Shown here: piece after piece, positions 63,079 to 64,000 of the stretch
How the letters are laid out: the number at the start of each line of letters is the position of its first letter
Position numbering within the stretch: the stretch's first letter is position 1
Assembly (NCBI GenBank): GCA_050613775.1
Contig: JBODTK010000010.1
Span: 1,178,001 to 1,242,000, forward strand
Source: Neocallimastix sp. 'constans'
Lineage: Eukaryota
Direction of reading: 5' to 3'
Length of the DNA stretch: 64,000 nt
Notes under the pieces: model-generated
The model's database searches: none
Seen by the model: only the letters and a program-made list of their open reading frames with translations
What the model was told of the DNA's origin: nothing
Program-made: the position numbers and the translations under genes

Positions 63079-64000
63079 AATTTTATAATATAATATTCTA
63101 CATATAGATTTATTATATATTATATTATAATTATTTATTATAATATTTAAAATTTATATTATAATTATTTGTTCTAAATGGAGATATTATAATATTTTAT
63201 GTAGAGACTACTTTATATTATAATTTTTATGTTTTAAATTATTTTCAAAAAATATATATATATTAAAAATATTTATTATAAATTGTTCATGAAAAATTTT
63301 ACTTTTCAATTAAATTTTATAATATGTTATTTTAAATATATTAAATTATATACTAATAATATTTTACAATATATTCTAATATATAGTGTAATAATTTTAA
63401 TTTTATATTTTTATATATTATAATATTTATTAAATTTTTAATTATAATATTTTTTTTTATAATATACTATTAATTTGTAAATATTATTTTTATTATTAAT
63501 ATATATATATAATTATTATAATTAAGCTGTTGGAAATATATAGGGTATTTCACATCATAATTTAATAATTAATATAATAATCTATTATTAATCTGTTGGG
63601 AATATATAGAGTATTTCACATTTAATAATATTGATTATTGCATTTATATTTTTAATTTTAATAATATTTATTTTGTATATCAATTTGCTATTATAATTAA
63701 TTTTTATAAATTCTATAATTCTTATAAAAATATTTTTATTAATTATTGACATTTTTATATATTGTTTGATTGTAATTTATTAGTTAGTTTATAGTCATTC
63801 AATTTTATTTAATAATTTTTATTATACTTATTCAATTTTGGTTAAAACTATAAGTGAATCTTGGGGAACAGAGAGCTTATAGACTTCCCTCCGACCTTAG
63901 GTTTAGCTACTATTAGTAGATATATTTGGATTCTCCACCAATGATTTATACCTAATATTCTTAATCTACAAAAATTAAATTTTGTAGAAGTGAATAAAAG
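61901..64000 (-). mobile_element. Further non-coding LTR element (H) at the next landing site, cut by the window end
   Basis: Begins right after the unit-end AGAT. PPT-like CCCC plus ACTTCGTCCC.TGAAGT hairpin (62478-62509), shared with family B 34670-34703. PBS GGATTCTCCACCA at 63928-63940 followed by TG. LTR limits unresolved. Confidence 0.6.

Overview
Very AT-rich eukaryotic DNA. Composition, host codon usage and signal-peptide style suggest an anaerobic gut fungus (Neocallimastigomycota); this is inference, not a database result. 1-24 kb holds a MITE-like inverted repeat, a decayed LINE-type retrotransposon containing a long (TAT)n tract, and two divergently oriented paralogous genes for acidic surface proteins with a shared Gly/Ala-FLW-x-KRSK C-terminal anchor. 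24-64 kb is a tandem array of a ~1.7-2.4 kb unit carrying an intron-containing tRNA-Ile(UAU) gene: five copies are visible, one with an altered acceptor stem. The site 11-15 bp upstream of these tRNAs is a shared landing pad for at least seven distinct LTR types: two full-length Ty3/gypsy copies, a gag-only element, a non-coding probably self-priming element and several solo LTRs. They are stacked end to end, separated by single copies of a 4-5 bp target-site duplication (TSD). One tRNA copy (48588) keeps the empty site. The full-length family has a tRNA-Ala primer-binding site (PBS), non-canonical TA...CA LTR ends, and a UUUAAAC plus H-type pseudoknot -1 frameshift joining gag and pol. All coordinates were read by eye and may be off by a base or two.
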